DNA of 63,999 bases, counting the filler, from a bacterium (lineage in GTDB: Bacteria; JALSQH01), in assembly GCA_027004335.1 (NCBI GenBank). It is 16 parts of 16 records of this genome, joined end to end, with 100 filler letters (N's around TTAATTAATTAA, not from the genome) between each part and the next. Parts side by side here need not be neighbours in the genome. Positions count along the whole stretch, not along the records: positions 53,408 to 56,178 come from JALTID010000178.1; positions 56,279 to 59,013 come from JALTID010000182.1; positions 59,114 to 61,803 come from JALTID010000184.1; positions 61,904 to 63,999 come from JALTID010000236.1; 12 more parts are not named here. The stretch is one strand, 5' to 3'. Below the pieces are notes generated by a model. The model was not told where the DNA came from. It made no database searches and saw only the letters and a list, made by a program, of their open reading frames with translations. A program made the translations under genes and the position numbers. Each line of letters begins with the position of its first letter. The first letter of the stretch is position 1. Below are positions 53,308-63,524 of the stretch, in pieces.

Positions 53308-53449
53308 NNNNNNNNNNNNNNNNNNNNNNNNNNNNNNNNNNNNNNNNNNNNTTAATTAATTAANNNNNNNNNNNNNNNNNNNNNNNNNNNNNNNNNNNNN
53401 NNNNNNNATATTAACCTTTGCAACACCTATTTTTAAATTCTGCATTTTT

Positions 53450-54679
53450 TTATTTTACCTTTTTGATAAGTTTTTCAAAATTTTCTAAGATGATATTATA
53501 ACTTTCCTTTCCAACTTTTGACCATGGCCCACACCTTACTGCGTATCCACCCTTTTCCCAATATTCTGGTGTAGCAATGTACCCTAAATAACCATTTGAA
53601 TATCCCAGAGGAATTCCTATGAGGGGTTTACTCATTTTTTTGATTTCTTTACCCAACTTGCAGAAAGGCTCTCCTGGAATTCCAGTGAGAACTATATCTC
53701 CAACTCTTATAATCTGTATTTCCCCTTCAAATGGTTTTTTTCCTTCTTTGATTCTTTCCGAAACTTCTTCTTTATCCCTATTTTCTAACTTTTCAATTTC
53801 CCTTTTACCTGGGAGAGGACGGGAGGGGAAAAGTATTTTTTTAGAAGCAACTTTTAATATAACTGGTTGGGAAGGATAATTGTTTAATTTCATCTGCCCA
53901 AATATTTTAATTCCTTCCCCTATAATAGTTATTCCCGTAGAATATACATCTTTGAAATCTCTTGTATCATTTTTAATCGGGTTTATATCTCCACAGGCAC
54001 CTTGAAGAAACAAACATCCCTTTGTATTATCTATCATTTGCGGAATTTTATTTTCCACTACCCCAACAAAATCAGCAGAAACTAAATTCTGAACCTGAAC
54101 GATTACAGGATGGCAGGCGAAATTTAAAAGAAATATTTTCTCTCCATTTTCTGACTCAAAAAGCAATAAAATCAACTCTTCATCAATACAGTTTTCCCCT
54201 GTTCTATTATGAGAAATTTTTTCTACTTTTCCTCCAGATGCAATAAATCTTCCTTTAAAGGTATTATTTTTTGCTAAAATTGCTGAACTGGTAATCTTTT
54301 CTTTTAGAACTTCTAACCACTCGAAAGAGCCAGAATGGTCTCTTAACGGTCTAAAATTTAGAGTATCAGGGGTGGAATGAATATGTGAAGAATGAAGCAT
54401 TACATTTTTTCTTTTGACCCCTGTAGAATTTTCTATTCTTTTTCTTACCTCCTCTGTAAAATTTCTCCCTTTTCCTGAAAGCGAATTAGAAAATCCGATA
54501 CTATCAGCAGAAATTATTATTGCTTCTTCTTCTCCATCTGATACATACAAACTTCTCGCATAGAGAGGGTCATGAATTCCTTTGAAAAAAGCATGCCTTT
54601 CAGGGTAAAAACCAAGGTATGGAATATTTAAAGGCGGAGTTATATCTATCTTACCAAATCCAATTATGAATTTTTCCAT
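53450..54679 (-). CDS. neutral/alkaline ceramidase-like protein
   Basis: DITPP, GIHDPLYAR, SHIHS, NFACHP, SADF.G, LQGACGDINP, PGEPF. Confidence 0.85.
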   Translation of the reverse strand: MEKFIIGFGKIDITPPLNIPYLGFYPERHAFFKGIHDPLYARSLYVSDGEEEAIIISADSIGFSNSLSGKGRNFTEEVRKRIENSTGVKRKNVMLHSSHIHSTPDTLNFRPLRDHSGSFEWLEVLKEKITSSAILAKNNTFKGRFIASGGKVEKISHNRTGENCIDEELILLLFESENGEKIFLLNFACHPVIVQVQNLVSADFVGVVENKIPQMIDNTKGCLFLQGACGDINPIKNDTRDFKDVYSTGITIIGEGIKIFGQMKLNNYPSQPVILKVASKKILFPSRPLPGKREIEKLENRDKEEVSERIKEGKKPFEGEIQIIRVGDIVLTGIPGEPFCKLGKEIKKMSKPLIGIPLGYSNGYLGYIATPEYWEKGGYAVRCGPWSKVGKESYNIILENFEKLIKKVK

Positions 54680-54680
54680 T

Positions 54681-55898
54681 TCATAAATTTCCTGCGACTT
54701 TTTTTATCGCTCTTGCGTAACTTTCTATGTCTTCCTTCTCAAAATTTTCATTTATCCCTATTATACTTATTCTTTTTAATTCTTTTTCAGCAACAGGACA
54801 CAATCCTTCTTTATATTCAATTTTTCTTCCGTAGTATTGTGAATTGAATGGATAACCTGAATTTCCAAATGTTTTTTTCTTTCTCAATGCTTCACTGCAT
54901 AAATAAATTGGTTTTCCGGTATAACCAAGGCCAGCATGTATTCCTTCAGCGTTAAGTGCTTTTACAAATTTTTTAGGTGGAAAATCCATTATTTTAAAGG
55001 GATAGAGCCAGTAAGAATGTTTGCCTCCAGAAACTACAGGAGCAGGAAGAATCCCGGGAATGTCTTTTATCAACTTTGTGAGATAATCACCAAGTTTATT
55101 TCTTTTTTTTACTACTTTCTCTACCTTTTCTAATTGTGCCAGGCCTACTGCTCCAGTGAGTTCAGTTGGTCTATAATTTAATCCTAAAAAAAGATATGCT
55201 CTTGGACCCCACTTTCTCCTTGACCATCCCTTATCTCTAAATAAAGCCATTCTTTCTGCATACTTCTTATTATTTGTTATGGTCAGTCCTCCTTCTCCTG
55301 CTGTTAAATGTTTTGATTGCTGCATTGAAAAACATCCTATATCTCCTATTGTTCCAACCAGTTTTTCTTTATAAGGAGTAAAATATGCCTGAGAGCAATC
55401 CTCTATTACGGGGAGTTTATATTTTTTTGCAATTTTCATTATTTTATCCATGTCACATGGATTTCCAAAAAGATGGACTACAATTATTGCTACTGTTTTT
55501 TTAGTAATTTTCCTTTCTATGTCATCAGGGTCCATATTAAAAGTATTTTCTTTCCAGTCAGCAAAAATAGGTATACAACCCTGAAATAAAATTCCTGCTA
55601 TTGTCCCAAAATCAGTTACCGGTGCAGTTATAATTTCACTACCAGGGTCTGGATTAAGTCCTGCGATAGCAATATGTATAGCAGCAGTACCCGAAGTGGA
55701 AGCAACTGCATATTTCACTCCATATTTTTTTGCAAATTCTTCTTCAAATTCTTTTACCTTTTTACCTGAAGGAGCAAATAAATTCTGAGATTTAATTGCC
55801 TCTGTTACTTGTCTTATCTCTTTTTCTCCAAAAGGTGTCCTCTTAGGAAATGGCTTATTTCTTACAGGTTTCCCTCCTTCAATTGCTAATTTTTCCAT
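54681..55898 (-). CDS. DegT/DnrJ/EryC1/StrS PLP-dependent aminotransferase
   Basis: SGTAAIH, VHLFG.P.DM, IEDCSQA, FSMQQSKHLTAGEGG. Confidence 0.93.
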   Translation of the reverse strand: MEKLAIEGGKPVRNKPFPKRTPFGEKEIRQVTEAIKSQNLFAPSGKKVKEFEEEFAKKYGVKYAVASTSGTAAIHIAIAGLNPDPGSEIITAPVTDFGTIAGILFQGCIPIFADWKENTFNMDPDDIERKITKKTVAIIVVHLFGNPCDMDKIMKIAKKYKLPVIEDCSQAYFTPYKEKLVGTIGDIGCFSMQQSKHLTAGEGGLTITNNKKYAERMALFRDKGWSRRKWGPRAYLFLGLNYRPTELTGAVGLAQLEKVEKVVKKRNKLGDYLTKLIKDIPGILPAPVVSGGKHSYWLYPFKIMDFPPKKFVKALNAEGIHAGLGYTGKPIYLCSEALRKKKTFGNSGYPFNSQYYGRKIEYKEGLCPVAEKELKRISIIGINENFEKEDIESYARAIKKVAGNL

Positions 55899-56278
55899 TT
55901 CCCCCCCTTTTTTTATTTTTATCTATTTCGAAAATTATATCAAAAAGAGAAGAAATATCAAATTTTTGTATAGGGCTACCACCTGGGAAACGGAGTTAAG
56001 TCTTTATTGACCTTTGGACAGAAATTGGAATATCCCTCTACAACTTTATATACTGGATTACAAGTTGTGCTGATTTTGTCATAATATTTTTCGTGATGCA
56101 ATTCAGCAATTAGACAAAAGAAGAAAAAGTTCGTATAATATTAAAGGAGGCGGAGAAATAAGAAGGATAGAGAGATTTNNNNNNNNNNNNNNNNNNNNNN
56201 NNNNNNNNNNNNNNNNNNNNNNTTAATTAATTAANNNNNNNNNNNNNNNNNNNNNNNNNNNNNNNNNNNNNNNNNNNN

Positions 56279-56390
56279 CTACCTCAGGAAGAACTGATGT
56301 TGCTGTCCCCTTTGTCTTGTTGCTTCCTCCGCATGATGCGAAGAAAGCAAGAAAAAAAAGAAGAAAAATTGGAATAATTCTCTTTCTCAT
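56279..56390 (-). CDS. lipoprotein, N-terminal fragment
   Basis: MRKRIIPIFLLFFLAFFAS-CGGSNK; SD GGAGG. Confidence 0.6.
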
Positions 56391-56502
56391 CTCTAACCTC
56401 CATTGATTGTTTGGGAAGATTCAAATAAAACTTAATTTAATACCCTCCCTATTTAATAGTTTATCATAATGTAGATAAAATGTCAACTTAACCTAAGAAC
56501 TT

Positions 56503-57087
56503 TTATTTTAAATTTAATTCAAACATCGGCGTATGAATAGCGCCAGAGGGACGAAGCTCACTTTTAAAATGAACCACCTTTGTGACTCTGAAATTCATTC
56601 CATCAATTCTATTTTTAAATTCCTCAAACTCCCTTATCAGAGAAGATACAACATGTATATTCTTCACCCTTGCGATGGTGATATGGGGAACAAAGGGTTT
56701 TCTTTCCATGGGGATGGATAATTTTTCAAAGAGCACCCTGTCAAAGTCATTAATTCTCTTAACAAATTCATCAGGGAAAATAGTACCAAGCCATACTACT
56801 CTAGCTCTTTTCATGTTCGGGAATGCACCAATTCTCGTAACAGGGGCACAAAAAGAGGATGCATCTGAAAATACCTGACTGATAATTCCCTGAATAATTT
56901 TTAACTCTTCTGGTGCTGAATTTCCTATAAACTTCAGAGTAGAATGAAAGTTACCTCTTTTTTCCCATTTCAAGGAAGGCTGCATTCCTCTCCATTTCAT
57001 TACAGAATTAAAAAGAATCTCTCTGATCTCTCCCTCCAGAGGAATAGCGACAAAATTTCTTACAGGGGATAAAACCTTTTTAGCCAT
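56503..57087 (-). CDS. thpR: RNA 2',3'-cyclic phosphodiesterase
   Basis: HSTLKFIG and PHITIAR 2H motifs; follows cinA. Confidence 0.92.
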   Translation of the reverse strand: MAKKVLSPVRNFVAIPLEGEIREILFNSVMKWRGMQPSLKWEKRGNFHSTLKFIGNSAPEELKIIQGIISQVFSDASSFCAPVTRIGAFPNMKRARVVWLGTIFPDEFVKRINDFDRVLFEKLSIPMERKPFVPHITIARVKNIHVVSSLIREFEEFKNRIDGMNFRVTKVVHFKSELRPSGAIHTPMFELNLK

Positions 57088-58313
57088 TTTACCACACCCA
57101 AAAGAACTTTATACATTGTATATCTTCTCACATGCTCTCTGTCGCCGGGGAAAAAATTTCTAACCACCTCAATTCTACCCTCTCTATCAGCAATGGCAGT
57201 ATAAACAGTTCCTACAGGCTTTTCAGCTGTCCCCCCCGCAGGACCAGCTATTCCTGTGATAGAAGCAGCAATATCAGCATTACTATGCTCAAGAACCCCA
57301 AGAACCATCTCTCTGGCAGTTTCTTCACTTACAGCACCATATCTTTCCAGAGTTTCTCTTTTAACTTTTAGATGATCCATTTTTGCCTCATTGGAATATG
57401 TAACAAATCCTCTATCAAAATAATGGGAACTACCAGGAATATCAGTTATGGTCTTGGCCACAAGCCCCCCCGTACATGATTCAGCCACGGCAAAAAATAG
57501 TCCTCTCTTCTCCAGTTCCTCACCGAAAACTTTTGCAATGGGTTTATTTTCCCATGAATAAATATACTTTCCAGCCACCCGCTCTATCTCAGCTGCAAGA
57601 GATTTCCACTCCGCCACTGAAACATCATACCCTTTTATTTTCAGTCTGATTTCCGGAGCATCTGGTAAAAAGGCAAAGGTAAAAACTGGGAATCTCTTAA
57701 TAACAGAAAGGAGCAACTCATTCAAAGAAGCTTCAGAGATCCCATACACTTTTAGTATCTTCAGAAAGAGGTTTTTTCTTTTTCCCCCGTAGAGTCTCTC
57801 CATCAGGATCTCCGCCATTTTCTCAAACTCAGCAGGGACACCGGGAAGGACAGCGACTATTTTCCCCTCTTTTTTACAAAAAAAACCACATGCTGTCCCC
57901 ACGGGGTTGGGTAGAAGCTCACATTTAGCAGGGATCATTGCCTGCAGTTTCAACTTTTCCAGAAGAGGCAAGCCTCTGCTTTTAACTTTTTCAGAAATTT
58001 CGTGCCAGCAATCTTCGTTAAACTCCAGATCTACACCTAAAAATTTAGAAATTGCCCTTCTCGTAAGATCATCATCGGTTGAACCAAGACCACCAGAAAT
58101 AACCACAAGTTCTACATCGCTATTGAGGGAAAAACCAAGTGCTCTTTTTATTAAATCTGCCTGATCCCCAACTGTAACTTTCAATGAGAGCCCCAGCCCA
58201 TAATTGAAGAGGAGATCACTTAATTTCTTGCTGTTTGTGTCAATCGAGGTCCCATCAAGTAGTTCCCAACCAATAGGAATGTAAGCTACGCGGTTCATTT
58301 CAAACCACCCCAA
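57060..58313 (-). CDS. cinA: CinA family protein (with NMN deamidase PncC domain)
   Basis: G.ELL.G..DTN, GGLG.T.DD.TR, AESCTGG, GAVSEE.A.EM, ITGIAGP. Confidence 0.93.
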   Translation of the reverse strand: MGWFEMNRVAYIPIGWELLDGTSIDTNSKKLSDLLFNYGLGLSLKVTVGDQADLIKRALGFSLNSDVELVVISGGLGSTDDDLTRRAISKFLGVDLEFNEDCWHEISEKVKSRGLPLLEKLKLQAMIPAKCELLPNPVGTACGFFCKKEGKIVAVLPGVPAEFEKMAEILMERLYGGKRKNLFLKILKVYGISEASLNELLLSVIKRFPVFTFAFLPDAPEIRLKIKGYDVSVAEWKSLAAEIERVAGKYIYSWENKPIAKVFGEELEKRGLFFAVAESCTGGLVAKTITDIPGSSHYFDRGFVTYSNEAKMDHLKVKRETLERYGAVSEETAREMVLGVLEHSNADIAASITGIAGPAGGTAEKPVGTVYTAIADREGRIEVVRNFFPGDREHVRRYTMYKVLLGVVKWLKRFYPL

Positions 58314-58755
58314 ACTTAAACAAAAACAACATTACAATGAGAGTATAAATCCCAGAAACTGTGTCATCCACCATCACACCAAAACCACCGCCGATTTTCT
58401 TATCAGCAATATTTGCTGGAGGAATTTTAAGTACATCAAAGAAACGAAATAGGAAAAAGGCTCCAATTGCCCTCTGCCATGTAAAGGAAAAAATAATAAC
58501 ACCAACCAGATACCCCGCTACTTCGTCAATAACAATTTTACCATTATCGTGTGTACCCCAGGATCTGTCTGCAAGGTCAGCAACCCATATTCCAATAAAA
58601 AAAATTATAATGAGGATTAAAAGCTTCCACCAGAAAAAAAGATTTCCTTCCAAAAAATAAATAAGAACCCCACCTAATGTTCCCCATGTCCCAGGAGCAA
58701 ATGGTAGATAACCGAGACCAAAAAAAGAAGCCAGCAGGCGCACCATCATATTCAT
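58300..58755 (-). CDS. pgpA: phosphatidylglycerophosphatase A
   Basis: APGTWGT, IVIDEVAG, FRFFDVLK, GGFGVMVDD. Confidence 0.94.
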   Translation of the reverse strand: MNMMVRLLASFFGLGYLPFAPGTWGTLGGVLIYFLEGNLFFWWKLLILIIIFFIGIWVADLADRSWGTHDNGKIVIDEVAGYLVGVIIFSFTWQRAIGAFFLFRFFDVLKIPPANIADKKIGGGFGVMVDDTVSGIYTLIVMLFLFKFGVV

Positions 58756-58808
58756 AAAAGTGATTATATCATAATTTTTGAACCCTGCCAGCCTGCTGGC
58801 TCAAATCC

Positions 58809-59013
58809 TTACTTGTTAATTTCTTTTTTGAAAGCAGAAGATGGTTTAAATGTAACAGTCTTGCTGGCCGGGATCTTCATCGGTTTCTTTGTTCTTGGGT
58901 TAATTCCCTTTCTTGCCTTTCTCTGTTTCACAGAAAAGATCCCGAAACCCGGATAATTGAACTTCCCCTCTTTCAACAAAGTGTCTTTTAGCACATCAAA
59001 GACCACTTCCACC
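58809..59013 (-). CDS. hup: HU family DNA-binding protein (5' truncated)
   Basis: GFGIF.V..RKARKG.NP.T...IPA.....FKP. Confidence 0.9.
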
Positions 59014-59113
59014 NNNNNNNNNNNNNNNNNNNNNNNNNNNNNNNNNNNNNNNNNNNNTTAATTAATTAANNNNNNNNNNNNNNNNNNNNNNNNNNNNNNN
59101 NNNNNNNNNNNNN

Positions 59114-60452
59114 CATCCTCTGTTTTGTCGGACCTCCCGGGGTTGGGAAAACTTCCCTTGCGAGGTCTATAGCAAATTCTCTGGGGAGAAGATTTGTCAG
59201 AATCTCACTCGGGGGAGTAAAAGATGAAGCAGAAATAAGGGGACACAGAAGAACTTATGTGGGGGCCCTTCCTGGAAAAATCATTCAAGGAATGCGCAAA
59301 GCAGCAACCATAAATCCCGTATTTCTTATAGATGAAGTTGATAAGCTCTCATCTGATTTCAGGGGAGACCCCTCAGCTGCACTTCTTGAAGTTCTGGATC
59401 CTGAGCAGAATAACACATTTATGGATCACTACCTTGACATGGAATACGATCTCTCACATGTTTTCTTTATCACCACTGCAAATTTCCTCCCTGCGATACC
59501 TCCACCGCTCAGGGATAGAATGGAAATAATAACTATTGAAGGCTATACAGAACAGGAAAAAATTGAGATAGCTTTCAGGCATCTTCTTCCCAAACAAAAA
59601 AAAGCCCACGGCCTCGGTAAAGTTGATATAACCTTCACAAGAGAGACTCTGAGCAGAATAATCAACGAATACACAAGAGAAGCAGGCGTCAGAAACTTAG
59701 AGAGAGAGATCGCAAAGATCATGAGAAAAATTGCCAAGAAAGTTGCCACCTCCCATGTAAAAAAAGATTCTTTGAAAATCAGAGTAGATGTACAGGATCT
59801 TGAAAATTACCTGGGAATTCCCATTTATCCAGCTACGGGGAGAGAAGAGAAGGAAATCCCTGGAGTTGTAAATGGGCTGGCATGGACCGAATATGGAGGA
59901 GTTGTACTCACCATTGAAACAACTATAATACCTGGCAGTGGAAATCTCATTCTTACAGGCAAGCTTGGCGAAATAATGCGTGAATCATCCCATGCTGCAC
60001 TTACCTACATAAGATCCATTGCTGATCTATTGGGTATTGAAGAAGAATTTTATAAAAAATATGATATCCATGTTCATGTTCCTGAAGGAGCAGTTCCCAA
60101 AGATGGACCATCAGCAGGAATAGCTATTGCAATTTCCATTGCGTCAGCCCTCACAGCCACTCCTGTGAGTAATTCACTGGCAATGACAGGAGAAATAACT
60201 CTCAGGGGAAGGATTCTCCCTGTTGGAGGCATAAAAGAAAAATTACTGGCGGCACACAGAGAAAAGATCAAAAAAGTTATAATCCCCACAGAAAATCTCC
60301 CATACATTAAAGAACTTCCCGATTTTGTGGAAGAAGAGTTAGAAATAGTTCCCATAGAACATATGGATGAAGTTATCAGAATTTCTCTTGGAAAAGAAAT
60401 TGTAAAACCAGTCATTATGAAAAACGATGAAAATAATCTCTATTTACAATAA
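59114..60452 (+). CDS. lon: Lon protease (5' truncated)
   Basis: [38 protein letters not shown]. Confidence 0.97.
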
Positions 60453-60469
60453 ATTAAATGGAGGAAGAA

Positions 60470-61228
60470 ATGTCTGGACATAATAAATGGAGTTCTATCA
60501 AACACAAAAAAGCCAGGGAAGATGCCAGAAGAGGTAAGATGTTCAGTAAACTTATTAGAGAAATCCAGGTAGCAGCCAGACATGGGGGAGGAAACCCTGA
60601 GAACAATCCTCGTTTAAGGGCAGTTATTGAGAAGGCAAAGGCAGCAAACATGCCGCAGGATAATATTATTAGAGCAATAAAAAAGGGAACAGGGGAACTA
60701 TCAGGAGCTGAAGCATTTGAAGAGGTGGTATATGAGGGATATGGACCTCAGGGTGTAGCAGTAATGGTAAGAGCACTTACAGATAACAAAAGAAGAACTG
60801 CAGCGGATGTGAGACATGTTTTTTCAAAATATGGGGGGAGTCTGGGAGAAAACGGGTGTGTCTCATGGCTTTTTGACGAAATGGGTTACATCGTCTTCAA
60901 CAAAGATGAGGTAGACCCCGACGCAGTGATTGAAGTTGCCCTGGATGCTGGAGCGCTTGATACCAAAGAACCTGAAGATGACAATATACTGGAAGTTTTC
61001 ACTGAGGTAAAAGACTTTGAAACTGTAAAAAACGCCTTTGAGGAAGCTGGTCTAAAATATATGAACGCTGAAATTACATTGATTCCCCAGACTCAAATAA
61101 AACTTTCAGGCAAAGCCGCGGAACAGATGCTAAAATTAATGGAGGCTTTGGAAGATATAGATGATGTTAACTCTGTATGTGCTAACTTTGATATCTCCGC
61201 AGAAGAAATGGAAAAACTCGCCTCCTGA
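60470..61228 (+). CDS. YebC/PmpR family protein
   Basis: [25 protein letters not shown]. Confidence 0.95.
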   Translation: MSGHNKWSSIKHKKAREDARRGKMFSKLIREIQVAARHGGGNPENNPRLRAVIEKAKAANMPQDNIIRAIKKGTGELSGAEAFEEVVYEGYGPQGVAVMVRALTDNKRRTAADVRHVFSKYGGSLGENGCVSWLFDEMGYIVFNKDEVDPDAVIEVALDAGALDTKEPEDDNILEVFTEVKDFETVKNAFEEAGLKYMNAEITLIPQTQIKLSGKAAEQMLKLMEALEDIDDVNSVCANFDISAEEMEKLAS

Positions 61229-61239
61229 TCGGGAAAAGA

Positions 61240-61731
61240 GTGAATATATTAGGAGTTGACCCTGGTACAAAGGTTGTGGGAGCAGGAATTATTAAGGTGT
61301 CCTCTGCACCAAACTATGTTTTTCATGATTCTCTTTTTTTAGGCAAAATAAAAGGACATTCAGAAAAGCTTGTAGAAGTTTTCAATTTTCTTACCAATCT
61401 CATAAGAAACTACTCCATAAATGTAATAGCCCTTGAAAAAGCTTATTATGGGAAGGATTACCATGCATCAGAATTACTAAACCAGGTTAGAGGAGTGGTT
61501 TTTCTACTGGCTGGCTTAAACAAAATTGATATTTATGAATATCCTCCTGCTAAGGTAAAAAAAACAGTCACAGGTGATGGAAGAGCAGATAAAGCTTCAG
61601 TATCAAAAGTTGTAGAGCTTACTCTTTCCCGTAAGATTCAGGGATCATCTGATGCCACAGATGCTCTTGCAATTGCTCTATGCCATTATTACATAACAAA
61701 AGAGATGGAGAAGTATGCTGGGCTTTCTTAG
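61240..61731 (+). CDS. ruvC: crossover junction endodeoxyribonuclease RuvC
   Basis: ILGVDPG, ALE, VKK.VTG.GRADK, DATDALAIALCH. Confidence 0.93.
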   Translation: MNILGVDPGTKVVGAGIIKVSSAPNYVFHDSLFLGKIKGHSEKLVEVFNFLTNLIRNYSINVIALEKAYYGKDYHASELLNQVRGVVFLLAGLNKIDIYEYPPAKVKKTVTGDGRADKASVSKVVELTLSRKIQGSSDATDALAIALCHYYITKEMEKYAGLS

Positions 61732-61803
61732 AGGGAGAATACTTGAAAAAGAAAAAGGAAAACTATTAATTGATGTAGGTGGGATCGGATTTGAGGTATA
61801 TGT
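61715..61803 (+). CDS. ruvA: Holliday junction branch migration protein RuvA, N-terminal fragment
   Basis: MLGFLRGRILEK..LLIDVGGIGFEV directly after ruvC. Confidence 0.88.
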
Positions 61804-61939
61804 NNNNNNNNNNNNNNNNNNNNNNNNNNNNNNNNNNNNNNNNNNNNTTAATTAATTAANNNNNNNNNNNNNNNNNNNNNNNNNNNNNNNNNNNNNNNNN
61901 NNNCAATTGGACTTGCTCAATGTGAGTTAGGAGGTAATT

Positions 61940-63328
61940 ATGAAGTTTTCAAAAAAATTTCTTGTAACCATTTTTGTGTATGGAGTGATTTTTTCACTTG
62001 TAGGTTGTGGTTATGCATCATCTGGTACATATTTAGAACAGCGGAAGATGAGAGTTGAGCACTATAGAAGGACAACAAATTTTAAAGAAGATGTGTTAAG
62101 GGCTATTCTTGAGGTCCCCCGGGAGTTTTTTGTTCCCAAAAATGAGCGTAGATTCACTTATGAAGAGTATCCTCTCCCCATTGGTTATGGACAGACAATT
62201 ACCGATATGTGGTTTGTCACCTATATGACCAACTTACTTAGACTAAAACCAACAGACTCTGTGCTTGAAATTGGTTCAGGTTCAGGGTATCAGGCATCTG
62301 TATTATATCAGATTACAAAAAAGGTTTATAGTATTGAGATTATACCACAACTTGCAAAACAGGCTTCTCATAGATGGAGAGAACTTGGCTATCATATACA
62401 GGGTAAAACCGGTGATGGTTACTACGGCTGGGCTAAATATGCACCTTACGATAAAATTATTGTTACCTGTGCAGCGGACCATGTGCCTGTGTATCTTCTT
62501 CGTCAGTTAAAACCTGGCGGGATTTTGCTTATTCCCGTGGGTAACCCTTTTGCCAGGCAGACATTGTTATTGATTAGAAAGAAGTCTGATGGAGGGATTA
62601 AAACACAGCGATTAAGATCGTGTAAATTTGTTCCTTTTACAGGAAAAATGCTGGAGAAATATAAGTATCAGAGAAAGCAAGAGAAGGCAACCAGAGAGAA
62701 GATGCTTAAATCGTGGGAGAAACACCCGACTAATCCTCCCCTTCCTGAGGCAGAGCAGAAATTAATGAAAATCCATGAAGAAATGCTTTCGGGAAGACTC
62801 CCCTTTCCGGGCAGTTTCCAATATAAAGTGAAATCAGGTGATTTCCTTTATAAAATAGCCAATAAATTCCATACTACGGTTGACCTGATTGTTAAGATGA
62901 ATAAGTTAGAGAACATTCCGATAAAGCCTGGAGATAAACTTACTCTTGTCCCAGACAAGTTTTCTATAGAAGTGGATTTAAGCAAGAACCTTCTCTATCT
63001 ATATTACGAAGGGAAATTTTTCAAGGTATACCCAATAGCCACCGGAACAGATGACAAAACTCCAGTAGGAGAATTTAAAATTACTGACCGGTTGAAAAAT
63101 CCAGTATGGTATTCTAATAAAGGGCCTATACCCCCGAACAGCCCGGAAAATCTGCTGGGTTCACGCTGGCTGGGCATTAATGCAAAAGGGATAGGTATCC
63201 ATGAGGCAATTAACCCGGGAGAAATTGGGAAATATGTTACTGCTGGCTGTATAAGAATGCTGAAAAAGGATGTAGACGAACTCTATATGTTAGTAGTTCG
63301 GGGAACGCCAGTGAAGATAAAGAAGTAA
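61940..63328 (+). CDS. pcm: lipoprotein fusion: protein-L-isoaspartate O-methyltransferase + LysM + L,D-transpeptidase (YkuD)
   Basis: LVG-C lipobox; VPRE.FVP, PIGYGQTI, VLEIGSGSGYQA, GDGYYGW..APYD; YKVKSGDFLYKIA LysM; TPVGEF..GIH..TAGCIRM. Confidence 0.88.
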   Translation: MKFSKKFLVTIFVYGVIFSLVGCGYASSGTYLEQRKMRVEHYRRTTNFKEDVLRAILEVPREFFVPKNERRFTYEEYPLPIGYGQTITDMWFVTYMTNLLRLKPTDSVLEIGSGSGYQASVLYQITKKVYSIEIIPQLAKQASHRWRELGYHIQGKTGDGYYGWAKYAPYDKIIVTCAADHVPVYLLRQLKPGGILLIPVGNPFARQTLLLIRKKSDGGIKTQRLRSCKFVPFTGKMLEKYKYQRKQEKATREKMLKSWEKHPTNPPLPEAEQKLMKIHEEMLSGRLPFPGSFQYKVKSGDFLYKIANKFHTTVDLIVKMNKLENIPIKPGDKLTLVPDKFSIEVDLSKNLLYLYYEGKFFKVYPIATGTDDKTPVGEFKITDRLKNPVWYSNKGPIPPNSPENLLGSRWLGINAKGIGIHEAINPGEIGKYVTAGCIRMLKKDVDELYMLVVRGTPVKIKK

Positions 63329-63520
63329 GTAGATGAATTAGTTAAAACCTGGCGGGATTTTGCTTATTCCCGTGGGTAACCCTTTCACCAGGCAGACATT
63401 GTTATTGATTAGAAAAAAGTCTGATGGAGGAATTAAAACACAGCGATTAAGATCGTGTAAATTTGTTCCTTTTACAGGAAAAATGCTGGAGAAATATAAG
63501 CATTAAAGAAAACAAGATAA
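62505..63520 (+). repeat. ~181-bp imperfect direct repeat (62505-62685 and 63340-63520)
   Basis: Offset 835 nt; 4 mismatches in the first 161 nt and 5 in the last 20; second copy carries TAA at 63504. Confidence 0.93.
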
Positions 63521-63524
63521 ATCT

